From NCBI GenBank assembly GCA_026003475.1, contig BPHJ01000001.1, forward strand, positions 741,189-805,188: a DNA stretch of 64,000 bases, read 5' to 3'. Source of the stretch: Candidatus Kapaibacterium sp. Its GTDB lineage: Bacteria > Bacteroidota > Ignavibacteria > Kapaibacteriales > NICIL-2. Below, piece after piece: positions 28,102 to 36,458 of the stretch (position 1 is the first letter of the stretch; each line of letters opens with the position of its first letter). A program made the translations under genes and the position numbers. The notes below the pieces were generated by a model that saw nothing but the letters and a program-made list of their open reading frames with translations, was not told the DNA's origin and made no database searches.

Positions 28102-29067
28102 ATGACAACCGCTGTCTATATCGAACATCGAGCTGGTAGCATCAAACGCGCATCTCTTGAAGCGATCACTGCAGCACGCGGCATTGCTGACCGTGTGGTT
28201 GGACTGTGCATCGGAACAGCTGATACCCAGACACTCCGCACGTACGGTGTCCACGAAATCGTGGCGATCGAGCATGCAATGCTTACGCGCTACTCATCAC
28301 AAGCAGTGGCGGAGGCGATTGCTCAGTATGTGCGATCTGCTGCCGTTGGTGCACTCTTTCTGGGTGCAACCGCGCAAGGAAAGGAACTCGGGCCACGCGT
28401 CGCTGTTCTCCTTGAAACAGCGTATCTACCCGATTGCGTCGCTCTCTCGAAGGAAGCCGATAAGCTGGTAGCGGTCCGGCCGCTGTTTGCTGGAAAAATT
28501 CGTGCAACCGTCGAACCCTTGACCGAGCGTGTGGTGGTTTCCCTGCGTCCGAACATGTTCACCGCTCGCCCCGCGGAAACGCCAACGGAGCCAACCCAGA
28601 CTACGTTTTCACCCGAATTGTCCCAAGAGCATTGTCGTGTTGTTGTCACAGATGTTGTCCGCAATGAAGGCAAGCTCGACGTGCTCGAAGCAGACATCGT
28701 TGTTTCGGGTGGGCGTGGACTCAAAGGACCGGAACATTTCGCATTGATCGAGCAATTAGCGGCTGTCCTTGGTGGTGCCGTTGGTGCCTCCCGTGCAGTG
28801 GTGGATGCTGGATGGCGTCCGCATAGCGAACAGGTTGGACAGACTGGCAAGACCGTCTCGCCGAATCTGTATTTGGCATGCGGTATCAGCGGTGCTGTCC
28901 AGCACCTGGCGGGTATGTCATCGTCGAAAGTGATTGCAGCCATCAACAAGGACAAGGATGCACCCATCTTCAAAGTTGCCGACTACGGTATCGTCGGTGA
29001 TGTGTTCGAAGTAATCCCGAAACTCATCGAACAGGTCAAGCAACTCAAGCAGAGCACAGCATCCTAA
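28102..29067 (+). CDS. etfA: Electron transfer flavoprotein alpha subunit. The ORF track starts at the TTG at 28075; the ATG at 28102 is preferred.
   Basis: MTTAVYIEHRAGSIKRASLEAITAA...VVSGGRGLKGPEHFALIEQLAAVLGGAVGASRAVVDAGW...QVGQTGKTVSPNLYLACGISGAVQHLAGM. Confidence 0.85.
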   Translation: MTTAVYIEHRAGSIKRASLEAITAARGIADRVVGLCIGTADTQTLRTYGVHEIVAIEHAMLTRYSSQAVAEAIAQYVRSAAVGALFLGATAQGKELGPRVAVLLETAYLPDCVALSKEADKLVAVRPLFAGKIRATVEPLTERVVVSLRPNMFTARPAETPTEPTQTTFSPELSQEHCRVVVTDVVRNEGKLDVLEADIVVSGGRGLKGPEHFALIEQLAAVLGGAVGASRAVVDAGWRPHSEQVGQTGKTVSPNLYLACGISGAVQHLAGMSSSKVIAAINKDKDAPIFKVADYGIVGDVFEVIPKLIEQVKQLKQSTAS

Positions 29068-29178
29068 CGCCCCGGACTATCGCGGACGACAACAGGAGCA
29101 GCGTTCTATCGTCGTCTGTGCTGGCAACATGGATTTGTAATTTTGCTTCCGGCAGTCGTAGCCACTGGTTTGCACGTA

Positions 29179-29829
29179 ATGGCAAAAGTCGAAGTCGAAA
29201 TACTTGGTTTGTCCGCAAGTAGCACGGGCAGCAATGGTGCGTACGCCCTCATCCTCAAGGAAAAAGGGGGAGAGAGGCAACTTCCCATTGTCATTGGTGC
29301 GCCAGAAGCGCAGGCGATTGCTGCTGAATTAGAGGGATTGCGGCCAACGCGTCCGCTGACGCATGATTTACTCAAAAACATCATCGAGCAAGCCGGTGGC
29401 AGCGTTGCCGAAGTCTGCATTGTGGCGCTGCGCGAGAGCATCTTTTACGCAGAAATCACCATCGATGGTCTCGATCTGCATGTGGATGCGCGCCCAAGTG
29501 ATGCCGTTGCTTTGGCCGTTCGCTTCGGTGCTCCGATCTACGTGATGGATTCGGTTCTCGATGAAGCCGGTATCGTCGCCAGTATGGTGGACGATTCGTT
29601 CGATGATGACAGTGACGATGACGACGATGACGACGACGATCTGATGCGACTGCTCCAGCAAAGCGAGGAAGGGGAAGAGCAGGAGCGTCCATCTCCACCG
29701 CAAAAGATGCCAGCATCGCGTTTAGAACAGCTTCGCCGGCAGCTTGAGCAAGCAATCCGTGACGAAGACTACGAGCGGGCTGCCCAGCTTCGCGACGAAA
29801 TACAGCGACTGGAAGGAACCAAACACTAA
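29179..29829 (+). CDS. Bifunctional nuclease (BFN/DUF151) domain protein with a poly-Asp acidic tract and a C-terminal UVR (UvrB/UvrC) motif. The ORF track starts at the TTG at 29143.
   Basis: BFN core: LPIVIGAPEAQAIAAELEG..P.RPLTHDLL...AEITIDGLDLHVDARPSDAVALAVRFGAPIYV. Acidic run DDSFDDDSDDDDDDDDD. UVR motif LEQLRRQLEQAIRDEDYERAAQLRDEIQRLE. Confidence 0.7.
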   Translation: MAKVEVEILGLSASSTGSNGAYALILKEKGGERQLPIVIGAPEAQAIAAELEGLRPTRPLTHDLLKNIIEQAGGSVAEVCIVALRESIFYAEITIDGLDLHVDARPSDAVALAVRFGAPIYVMDSVLDEAGIVASMVDDSFDDDSDDDDDDDDDLMRLLQQSEEGEEQERPSPPQKMPASRLEQLRRQLEQAIRDEDYERAAQLRDEIQRLEGTKH

Positions 29830-29837
29830 TTGTGCGT

Positions 29838-29911
29838 GCCGAGATAGCTCAGTCGGTTAGAGCAGCGGAATCATAATCCGCGTGTCGGGGGTTCGAATCC
29901 CTCTCTCGGCA
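29838..29911 (+). tRNA. tRNA with CAT anticodon: elongator tRNA-Met, or tRNA-Ile2 if lysidinylated
   Basis: Acceptor GCCGAGA/TCTCGGC (G1-C72, so not an initiator), D-arm TAGCTCAGTCGGTTAGAGCA, anticodon stem-loop GCGGA-ATCATAA-TCCGC, T-arm GGGGG-TTCGAAT-CCCTC. Confidence 0.8.
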
Positions 29912-29934
29912 CTATCGCCCGCGCAGCCTCGTCC

Positions 29935-31212
29935 ATGGGGCTGCGCATTGTGTTCGTACTGCTAATCCCTCCGATGAAAAGTGTTGACCTTCGTCCTGCG
30001 ACTGAGCTCGAAAATGCCTTTTTCACATCGTACTGCTCCAACGGTCGCACGGTAACATTTTTTGGAGATGCGCACCCATACTATGCGGGCAGTGTCGTTC
30101 GTGCTATGGCGAGTGCGCGGAATGGCTATCGAGAGATTTCCGCCCTCTTCGCCGAGGATATCGCGGCTGCAGAGCAGAACGATACACCCGATGATAGCAA
30201 TGAGGAACTTGCCGTGTTCTTTGCGCGATTACGGCAGGACTACCGTGCCACCGTTGTTCGAATTGAACGTCTGACGCCAACCATCGTCGAACTGATCGTT
30301 CGTGCGCCAGCAGCAGCGCGGAAATTTCGACCGGGACAGTTCTACCGACTTCAGAATTACGCCTCAACAGCGCCCATCGTTGGTGGGCAACGGTTGGTGA
30401 TGGAAGCTCTCGCTATGACTGGTGCCTGGACGGATCCCCAGGCGGGATTACTCTCCATGATTGCTCTCGAAGTTGGTGCTTCCACACGTATGATTTCCCA
30501 CCTTGCAGTTGGTGGAGAAGTGGTCGTCATGGGACCAACAGGCACGCCAACACATATTCCCTACGGCGAGAATGTCTTGCTCTGTGGTGGTGGGCTGGGA
30601 AATGCAGTGTTGTTCTCGATCGCCCACGCACTGAAGGCACACCAGTGCCGAGTGATCTATTTCGCTGGCTACCGCAATGGTGCGGACGTCTTCAAAATGG
30701 ACCATATCGAGGCAGCTACCGACCAGGTCATATGGTGTACCGATGCTGGCGAGCCGATCGTGCCGCGCCGCCCTCAGGATCGTCATTGGCGTGGGACCAT
30801 CATCGAAGCAATGGTTGCCTACCACCAAGGACAGCTCGGCATGCCGCTGATACCGTTCAACTCGATTCACCGCATCATTGCAATCGGCAGCGATGGGATG
30901 ATGAATGCGGTGCGGCAAGCGCGGAAGACAGTCTTGCAAACAGCGTTTAGACCGCACATCGCCATCGGCTCGATCAATTCCCCGATGCAGTGCATGATGA
31001 AAGAAATCTGTGCACAGTGTCTACAAAAACACCGCGATCCGGAAACCGGCCGCGAAGTTGTACCGGTGTTCTCCTGCTTCAACCAGGACCAAGAACTCGA
31101 CCGTGTGGATTTCGACAATCTGCGCGACCGGTTGCGCATGAATAGCGTCCTGGAAACTCTCGGTACTTCGTGGCTGGAGTATCTGCTAAGCTACGAGCAA
31201 ATGGTTGGTTGA
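29935..31212 (+). CDS. PyrK/NfnA-like FAD/NAD(P)-binding oxidoreductase with a C-terminal 2Fe-2S Cys motif. The N-terminal ~100 aa are unexplained and the true start is uncertain (candidates MKSVD about 29974, MASAR about 30076).
   Basis: FAD-binding ferredoxin-reductase-type region (ATVVRIERLTPTIVELIVRAP...FRPGQFYRLQ), NAD-binding GVLLCGGGLGNAVLFSI, and a Cys-x5-Cys-x2-Cys...Cys cluster (CMMKEICAQC...VFSC). Confidence 0.6.
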   Translation: MGLRIVFVLLIPPMKSVDLRPATELENAFFTSYCSNGRTVTFFGDAHPYYAGSVVRAMASARNGYREISALFAEDIAAAEQNDTPDDSNEELAVFFARLRQDYRATVVRIERLTPTIVELIVRAPAAARKFRPGQFYRLQNYASTAPIVGGQRLVMEALAMTGAWTDPQAGLLSMIALEVGASTRMISHLAVGGEVVVMGPTGTPTHIPYGENVLLCGGGLGNAVLFSIAHALKAHQCRVIYFAGYRNGADVFKMDHIEAATDQVIWCTDAGEPIVPRRPQDRHWRGTIIEAMVAYHQGQLGMPLIPFNSIHRIIAIGSDGMMNAVRQARKTVLQTAFRPHIAIGSINSPMQCMMKEICAQCLQKHRDPETGREVVPVFSCFNQDQELDRVDFDNLRDRLRMNSVLETLGTSWLEYLLSYEQMVG

Positions 31213-31229
31213 ATAACTTCTCTTTGACG

Positions 31230-32765
31230 ATGCCAGATACAGCACTCGAACCCCGTGCAGCATACATCGAAGCTCTCGAGATCATGCGTACAGCAAGCGA
31301 TCTTGGGGCTGCGTCGGCGCTCCTAGGCTGGGACCAAGAGACGTACATGCCACCTGCTGCTGCAGCTGCACGCGCAGATCAACTTTCCACGCTCAGCGCA
31401 GTTACCCATAGCATCGTCACCAGCGATCGGGCGGTTTGCTTGGCTGAATTCTTCCGGGATAACCTCCGACATCTCAATGGAGAGTTGAGCGACTGGGAGA
31501 AACGGATCGCAAGAGTGTTCACTCGTGATGTGCTTCGTGCGATTCGGTTACCGGAAACATTTGTGCGCCGGAAAACACAGGTGACCGCACTTGCGCAGGA
31601 AGCATGGAAACAAGCGCGCCAGCAGGCATCTTTTGCGCTCTTTCGGGACCATCTTGCACAGATCATCGAACTGGCTATTGAAGAAGCGGAGCTGCGAGGC
31701 TATCAAGATCACCGCTACAATGCGCTGTTGGACCTCTACGAACCAGGTCTAACTGTAGGCACTCTCGATCCGGTCTTCCGTCGCTTGGAACAAGCAACAA
31801 TCGAAATCCTCCGCTTTGTTCGGGATGCTGGGCATGTGCCCGATGATTCGATTCTCAAGCAACACTTTCCTGGACAGGCACAGCTTGCTGCGGCGCAGAG
31901 CATCATTGCTCAGATGGGGTTCGACTTCTCGGCTGGTCGTGTGGATCTGTCGGCACACCCTTTTTGCACCTCGTTTGCAATTGCTGATGTTCGCTTGACC
32001 ACACGCATCAATGAACGAGATCTTCGCTCGTGTCTTTTCGGGTTGATCCACGAAGCAGGTCATGGACTCTATGAGCAAGGTATGCGCTCGGACCTGGAAC
32101 GAACGTTCGCTCGGGATGGCGCTTCGATGGGTATTCATGAATCCCAATCCCTGTTTTGGGAAAACATCATTGCTCGATCGGAAGAATTTTGGCACTGGGC
32201 GTTGCCGATACTGCGCGCCTATTTCCCCGAACAACTTTCAGATGTGTCTCCACAGGCGATGTACGCTGCTATCAACCGCGTCGAGCCTTCGCACTACCGG
32301 ATCGAATCTGATGAAGTGACCTACAACCTGCATATCATTCTGCGTTACCGTCTCGAGAAAGCCATGCTCGAAGGAACGTTGACTGCCGACGACATCCCGC
32401 ACGTGTGGAATGCGCTCACAGAAGAACTGCTCGGCTTGACTGTGCACAACGATGCGCAAGGATGCCTACAAGACATTCATTGGTCGTTCGGCGGGATTGG
32501 GTATTTCCCCAGCTATACGCTCGGAAAGCTCTATGCTGCAATGTTGCGGAGTGCGCTCTTGCGTGCAATGCCTGATGCGCCGGATCACGTTCGTCGTGGC
32601 GACTTTTCGCCGATTCGGCAATGGCTCCGAGAGGTGGTCCATCAATGGGGACGAACGATGGAACCATCAGAGCTGATCAGTGCAGCAACGGGTCAGCCCT
32701 TGAGCGAAGAACCGTTCGTGGCGTACGTATGGGAAAAAGTCAAGCGGGTGTACGGCCAGGAATGA
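31230..32765 (+). CDS. M32 family carboxypeptidase (carboxypeptidase Taq-like). The ORF track starts at 31170, overlapping the previous gene.
   Basis: HEXXH zinc site LIHEAGHGLYEQG, HESQS motif (MGIHESQSLFWEN), and DIHWSFGGIGYFPSYTLGKLYA, typical of M32. Confidence 0.85.
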   Translation: MPDTALEPRAAYIEALEIMRTASDLGAASALLGWDQETYMPPAAAAARADQLSTLSAVTHSIVTSDRAVCLAEFFRDNLRHLNGELSDWEKRIARVFTRDVLRAIRLPETFVRRKTQVTALAQEAWKQARQQASFALFRDHLAQIIELAIEEAELRGYQDHRYNALLDLYEPGLTVGTLDPVFRRLEQATIEILRFVRDAGHVPDDSILKQHFPGQAQLAAAQSIIAQMGFDFSAGRVDLSAHPFCTSFAIADVRLTTRINERDLRSCLFGLIHEAGHGLYEQGMRSDLERTFARDGASMGIHESQSLFWENIIARSEEFWHWALPILRAYFPEQLSDVSPQAMYAAINRVEPSHYRIESDEVTYNLHIILRYRLEKAMLEGTLTADDIPHVWNALTEELLGLTVHNDAQGCLQDIHWSFGGIGYFPSYTLGKLYAAMLRSALLRAMPDAPDHVRRGDFSPIRQWLREVVHQWGRTMEPSELISAATGQPLSEEPFVAYVWEKVKRVYGQE

Positions 32766-32805
32766 TGTTAGGTGGTTGGGTTTTATTTTTGCAACGAAAA
32801 ATTCA

Positions 32806-32878
32806 GCCAACATAGCTCAGCTGGTAGAGCAGCTCACTCGTAATGAGCAGGTCACCGGTTCGAGTCCGGTTGTTGGCT
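32806..32878 (+). tRNA. tRNA-Thr (anticodon CGT)
   Basis: Acceptor GCCAACA/TGTTGGC, D-arm TAGCTCAGCTGGTAGAGCA, anticodon stem-loop GCTCA-CTCGTAA-TGAGC, T-arm ACCGG-TTCGAGT-CCGGT. Confidence 0.85.
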
Positions 32879-32884
32879 CCGGGT

Positions 32885-32918
32885 CGCCTGGTGCTGCATG
32901 CACCAGGCGATTTTTTTT
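32885..32918 (+). terminator. Rho-independent terminator after tRNA-Thr(CGT)
   Basis: Perfect 10-bp stem CGCCTGGTGC / GCACCAGGCG, 5-nt loop, followed by A plus T8. Confidence 0.8.
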
Positions 32919-32978
32919 CGTAACTTTTTTGAGTCGGTGACGTAGCTTGCGCATCGGATTGCTTGAAGAAATTCACCA

Positions 32979-35054
32979 ATGACCAGCCCTCATTCGACGT
33001 CACAGCGTCTGCCCATTGCAAGCGTGCTTGTTGCGATTGCTGCAGGGGAACTATTCCATCTGATTATGTCGAGCGTTCTCGAGGTTGTCGGTGATGTTGT
33101 GCCTAGTTGGCTGGAACAGTTGCTGCGCATCCTCGATGGTGCCGTGGCAAGTGGGGTATTCTTGCTACTTGTCTGGTTGGTCGTGAAGCTAAGCGATCCA
33201 GTTGCTTCTCCGCCACAGCCAGAGCAATTTGAGCGTTGGATGCGGTGGGGTGTCCTTGGCTATCTCGCGGTTGTTGTCTTTCCGTCGTTGGCCGTAGAGG
33301 GCATTGCTGCGGTGCTTGTGCATAACGTCCTTGCTGCAATGTTGCTGGGGATTGGTGTATGGAGCGCAACAGTTGTTCTGCGAGTTGTCCGAAGCTATCG
33401 GACAGCGCGAACAGCGGTTGCACTCCGAAGCTTGGGGTGGGTATTACTGGCTGCGGTGCCGATACGGTGGATTGAAGTGACTGTTGCCCCGGGGTCGCTG
33501 GAGGTAGTGTATGTGTTTCAGGGAATAGTCGTTTGTGTCTTGGTGACGCTCCTGGCGCGCCGTCGGCGGTGGTTGGGCTCTCTCTCGCGCGGACAGCGGT
33601 GGAGCCTTGGTTGGTGGACTAGTTTGGTGCTCGTGTTCTCGATCGTCGCTGCTGCAACACTTTTCGATAGCAGCACTGTGCATTCAAGGGCACTTCGACA
33701 ATGGCTCACAGGGAGCGAGCTGGTGGTCGGGTACGTGTGCCTTGCATTGGCGATGTACTCGGCAATCGCACTCGTGACCATCGTCGGCAGCGGCAGCAGC
33801 GCAGCGCGCAAGACCTTTGAGTTCGATGCCATCACCTTTTTCAACCGCTTAGTCTCGGAGCATGCCGATAGTCAACAGCTCTACGATACTGCCGTCACGC
33901 TGGCTGTTGCGTTGACTGAATCAACGGGTGCAATGTTACTTCTCCACGAGGGGGATCGGTGGGAGATTGCAGCATTGGCCGGGCTTGACTACCAGCGCGC
34001 TGCAGCACTGGAAATCCAGAGCGTTCTTGGGCATTCTCTGAGCACGGACGCGGTTGTCGTTCCATGGCTGTTCGAAGATGAGCGGTTCTTCAGGATTGCC
34101 CGGTCGGTTGAATCGTATGCACAATCGTTGATGCTGGTCCCACTGCGGGAAGGTAGCATAAGCTATGGCGCAATTGTCGTGGTAAGCACTAAGCCCTTTG
34201 CCTTCGAACAGGGCGATATTGCAGCACTGGGGGCGTTTGCGCCCGCAGTCACCATTGCTCTTGCCAATCAACGATTGCTCCGCAGCGCCATTGAGCGTGA
34301 GCGCTTGCGGCGTGAGTTGATGCTCGGCAGAGAAATTCAGAAAAAGCTGCTGCCGACTGCAGCGCCGATACTCAATGGATGGTCTGTTGCGGGATGGTCC
34401 GAACCTGCTCTCGAAGTCGGTGGTGATTACTTCGACTATTTCCAGCTCGGAGATGGTACGGCGTGTATCGTTGTTGCCGACGTTAGCGGTAAGGGTATCA
34501 GTGCAGCTTTCTACATGGCAAAGCTCAAAGGAATTTGTTTAGCTCTCGCACCGCTGTGCCGGAGCGTCCATGATTTTATTGTTCGAATTCATCGGGCTCT
34601 CGATGGTGGTGTGCTCGAGTCGCGGGTGTACATCACCTTGGCAGCAGTTGGCATCACACCAAGCGGTCGTGTCCATATTGTGCGTGCGGGACATCCTCCG
34701 CCAGTGGGGGTTACCTCGGGTGGACAGGTCCAGGTGTATTCTCCGCAGGGTATAGCGCTTGGGATGGTTAGTACCGATCGCTTTGTTGCGCTGACCCCCG
34801 TTTTGGAAATTGAGCAGACCCATCTCGATACACTCCTGCTGTTTAGTGATGGATACCTTGAAGCAGGGTTACCGACTACAGCCGAACTTGGGTTGGATGG
34901 GATTCGTCGCATGATTCAATCCCATGCAAACAACTGCTCTGCGGAAGAATTGCTCCAACGACTCAAAGGTGATCTCTCGACAATGCTCGCTTCGACGACA
35001 CAACACGACGACATAACCATGGTTATCATGAAACGTACCACCAACTCATCGTGA
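32979..35054 (+). CDS. Membrane-anchored GAF-domain PP2C/SpoIIE-family serine phosphatase (RsbU-like sensor phosphatase)
   Basis: About 8 predicted TM helices in the first ~270 aa, a GAF-like middle region, and a C-terminal PP2C domain (LGREIQKKLLP...EVGGDYFDYFQLGDGTACIVVADVSGKGISAAFYMAKLKG...FSDGYLEA). Confidence 0.8.
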   Translation: MTSPHSTSQRLPIASVLVAIAAGELFHLIMSSVLEVVGDVVPSWLEQLLRILDGAVASGVFLLLVWLVVKLSDPVASPPQPEQFERWMRWGVLGYLAVVVFPSLAVEGIAAVLVHNVLAAMLLGIGVWSATVVLRVVRSYRTARTAVALRSLGWVLLAAVPIRWIEVTVAPGSLEVVYVFQGIVVCVLVTLLARRRRWLGSLSRGQRWSLGWWTSLVLVFSIVAAATLFDSSTVHSRALRQWLTGSELVVGYVCLALAMYSAIALVTIVGSGSSAARKTFEFDAITFFNRLVSEHADSQQLYDTAVTLAVALTESTGAMLLLHEGDRWEIAALAGLDYQRAAALEIQSVLGHSLSTDAVVVPWLFEDERFFRIARSVESYAQSLMLVPLREGSISYGAIVVVSTKPFAFEQGDIAALGAFAPAVTIALANQRLLRSAIERERLRRELMLGREIQKKLLPTAAPILNGWSVAGWSEPALEVGGDYFDYFQLGDGTACIVVADVSGKGISAAFYMAKLKGICLALAPLCRSVHDFIVRIHRALDGGVLESRVYITLAAVGITPSGRVHIVRAGHPPPVGVTSGGQVQVYSPQGIALGMVSTDRFVALTPVLEIEQTHLDTLLLFSDGYLEAGLPTTAELGLDGIRRMIQSHANNCSAEELLQRLKGDLSTMLASTTQHDDITMVIMKRTTNSS

Positions 35055-35428
35055 CTATGCAGCACGAATTCTACACTCACATTCAGCCAGTCGGTGATGG
35101 AACGATCACGATTGTCGAACTCCATGGATACCTGGATGCATACACAGCGCCTGGCTTCGACGACGTCTTGGCGCAGCTCTTCGAGGGTGGCCAGACACGT
35201 ATTGTCGTTGACTGTGCCGAACTCGATTACATCTCGAGTGCAGGGCTCGGTGTCTTCATGGGGCACATCGAGCCTTTTCGATCAGTAGGTGGCGATATTG
35301 TTCTGTGTGGGCTCAGTCCACGAATTACAGCGATCGTGGAAATGCTTGGTTTTCCCCACATCTTCCATATCTGCGCCAATCGCGAGCAGGCGATAGCGGC
35401 ATTTGGTCAGACTCCCGGTACGACGTGA
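35051..35428 (+). CDS. STAS-domain anti-sigma-factor antagonist (RsbV/SpoIIAA-like); GTG start at 35051 or ATG at 35057
   Basis: ITIVELHGYLDAYTAPGFDDVL...RIVVDCAELDYISSAGLGVFMG; the conserved phospho-Ser context is DYISSAGLG. Confidence 0.8.
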   Translation: MTMQHEFYTHIQPVGDGTITIVELHGYLDAYTAPGFDDVLAQLFEGGQTRIVVDCAELDYISSAGLGVFMGHIEPFRSVGGDIVLCGLSPRITAIVEMLGFPHIFHICANREQAIAAFGQTPGTT

Positions 35429-35862
35429 TGGAGAGACGATCGAGCATTCCTGAGATCGAAATTCCTGCTCGCCTCGATCAGTTGGCGGTCGTGCGCAGTT
35501 ACATCGAGCAAGGGTGTATGGAGCTCTGTGTGCCGGATCGAATTTGCTGGGTATTAGTCTTAGCAGTGGACGAGCTCTGCTCGAATATCATTCGTCACGG
35601 CTACCAGGGCAATTCGTCGGGGGTGATTACCATTCGATTAGAGCGGCAGGGAACAATGGTCATTGCTACCCTTTGCGATCAGTCGCCAGCATTCGATCCA
35701 GTTCGCTCGGATTCAACCGTACCGGTACGCCTATCGCGAAGTGGCCATGGATTGCTGCTTGCCAATCACGTGGCAACAATCCACTACCAACCGAAAAGTG
35801 ATCGTTCACAAGGCAATACCACCACGATCTCGATAGACCTGGAGAGTGCGTCGCACTCTTAG
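35428..35862 (+). CDS. Anti-sigma regulatory factor / serine protein kinase (RsbW/SpoIIAB-like HATPase_c)
   Basis: LAVDELCSNIIRHGYQG...ITIRLERQGTMVIATLCDQSPAFDP (N-box and G-box pattern). The ORF track starts at 35305, but an ATG overlaps the STAS stop (TGATG). Confidence 0.75.
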   Translation: MERRSSIPEIEIPARLDQLAVVRSYIEQGCMELCVPDRICWVLVLAVDELCSNIIRHGYQGNSSGVITIRLERQGTMVIATLCDQSPAFDPVRSDSTVPVRLSRSGHGLLLANHVATIHYQPKSDRSQGNTTTISIDLESASHS

Positions 35863-36356
35863 CGAGAGGGGCTTGATTCACGGTGTTGCGCCATGAGGCG
35901 ACCATCAACAAAGGTGGCATCCTTGACCAGTTCAGCCAGTGTTTTGTCCCGGATAATATCGAAGATGCGTTGGCGAATTTTTTCCCAATCGTAGTGCAAG
36001 GGGCAGGGATGATCGGGGCTGCACTTTTCGTAGCCAATCACGCAGTCGGTGACATACTGGAGGTTATCCACAGATCGTGCAACATCAAGAACCGTGATTT
36101 CGTTTGGATCACGGGCAAGACGGATACCACCGCCCGGACCTTTGGTCGAAGTGACAAGCCCGGCGTGGGTAAGGTCCTGGACTAACTTTGCTAAAAAGTA
36201 GTAGGGCATGTTATGAGCGTCGGCAATCTCTTTGGTTTGGATGTAGCGATGCCGAATGCGAGAGGATGCATCCTTAGACTTGTCTTCGTCAAGCCATCGT
36301 TTGGCAAGGTAAAGCATTGCCTGAATGGCGTATTCGGAAGCCCGGGAGAAGATCAT
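35859..36356 (-). CDS. Rrf2-family transcriptional regulator (IscR/NsrR-like). The ORF track extends to 36386.
   Basis: MIFSRASEYAIQAMLYLAKR..........IQTKEIADAHNMPYYFLAKLVQDLTHAGLVTSTKGPGGGIRLAR, the canonical Rrf2 HTH. Cys residues lie downstream (CVIGYEKCSPDHPC). Confidence 0.8.
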   Translation of the reverse strand: MIFSRASEYAIQAMLYLAKRWLDEDKSKDASSRIRHRYIQTKEIADAHNMPYYFLAKLVQDLTHAGLVTSTKGPGGGIRLARDPNEITVLDVARSVDNLQYVTDCVIGYEKCSPDHPCPLHYDWEKIRQRIFDIIRDKTLAELVKDATFVDGRLMAQHRESSPSR

Positions 36357-36458
36357 AGCCTGAGCAGCCAATGAGAACAAAATCATACAAAAATAGATGA
36401 TTTACTCTCTTTGGGGACAGTGTATTTTGCATGTTGTCACATCCACTCAACACGACAG

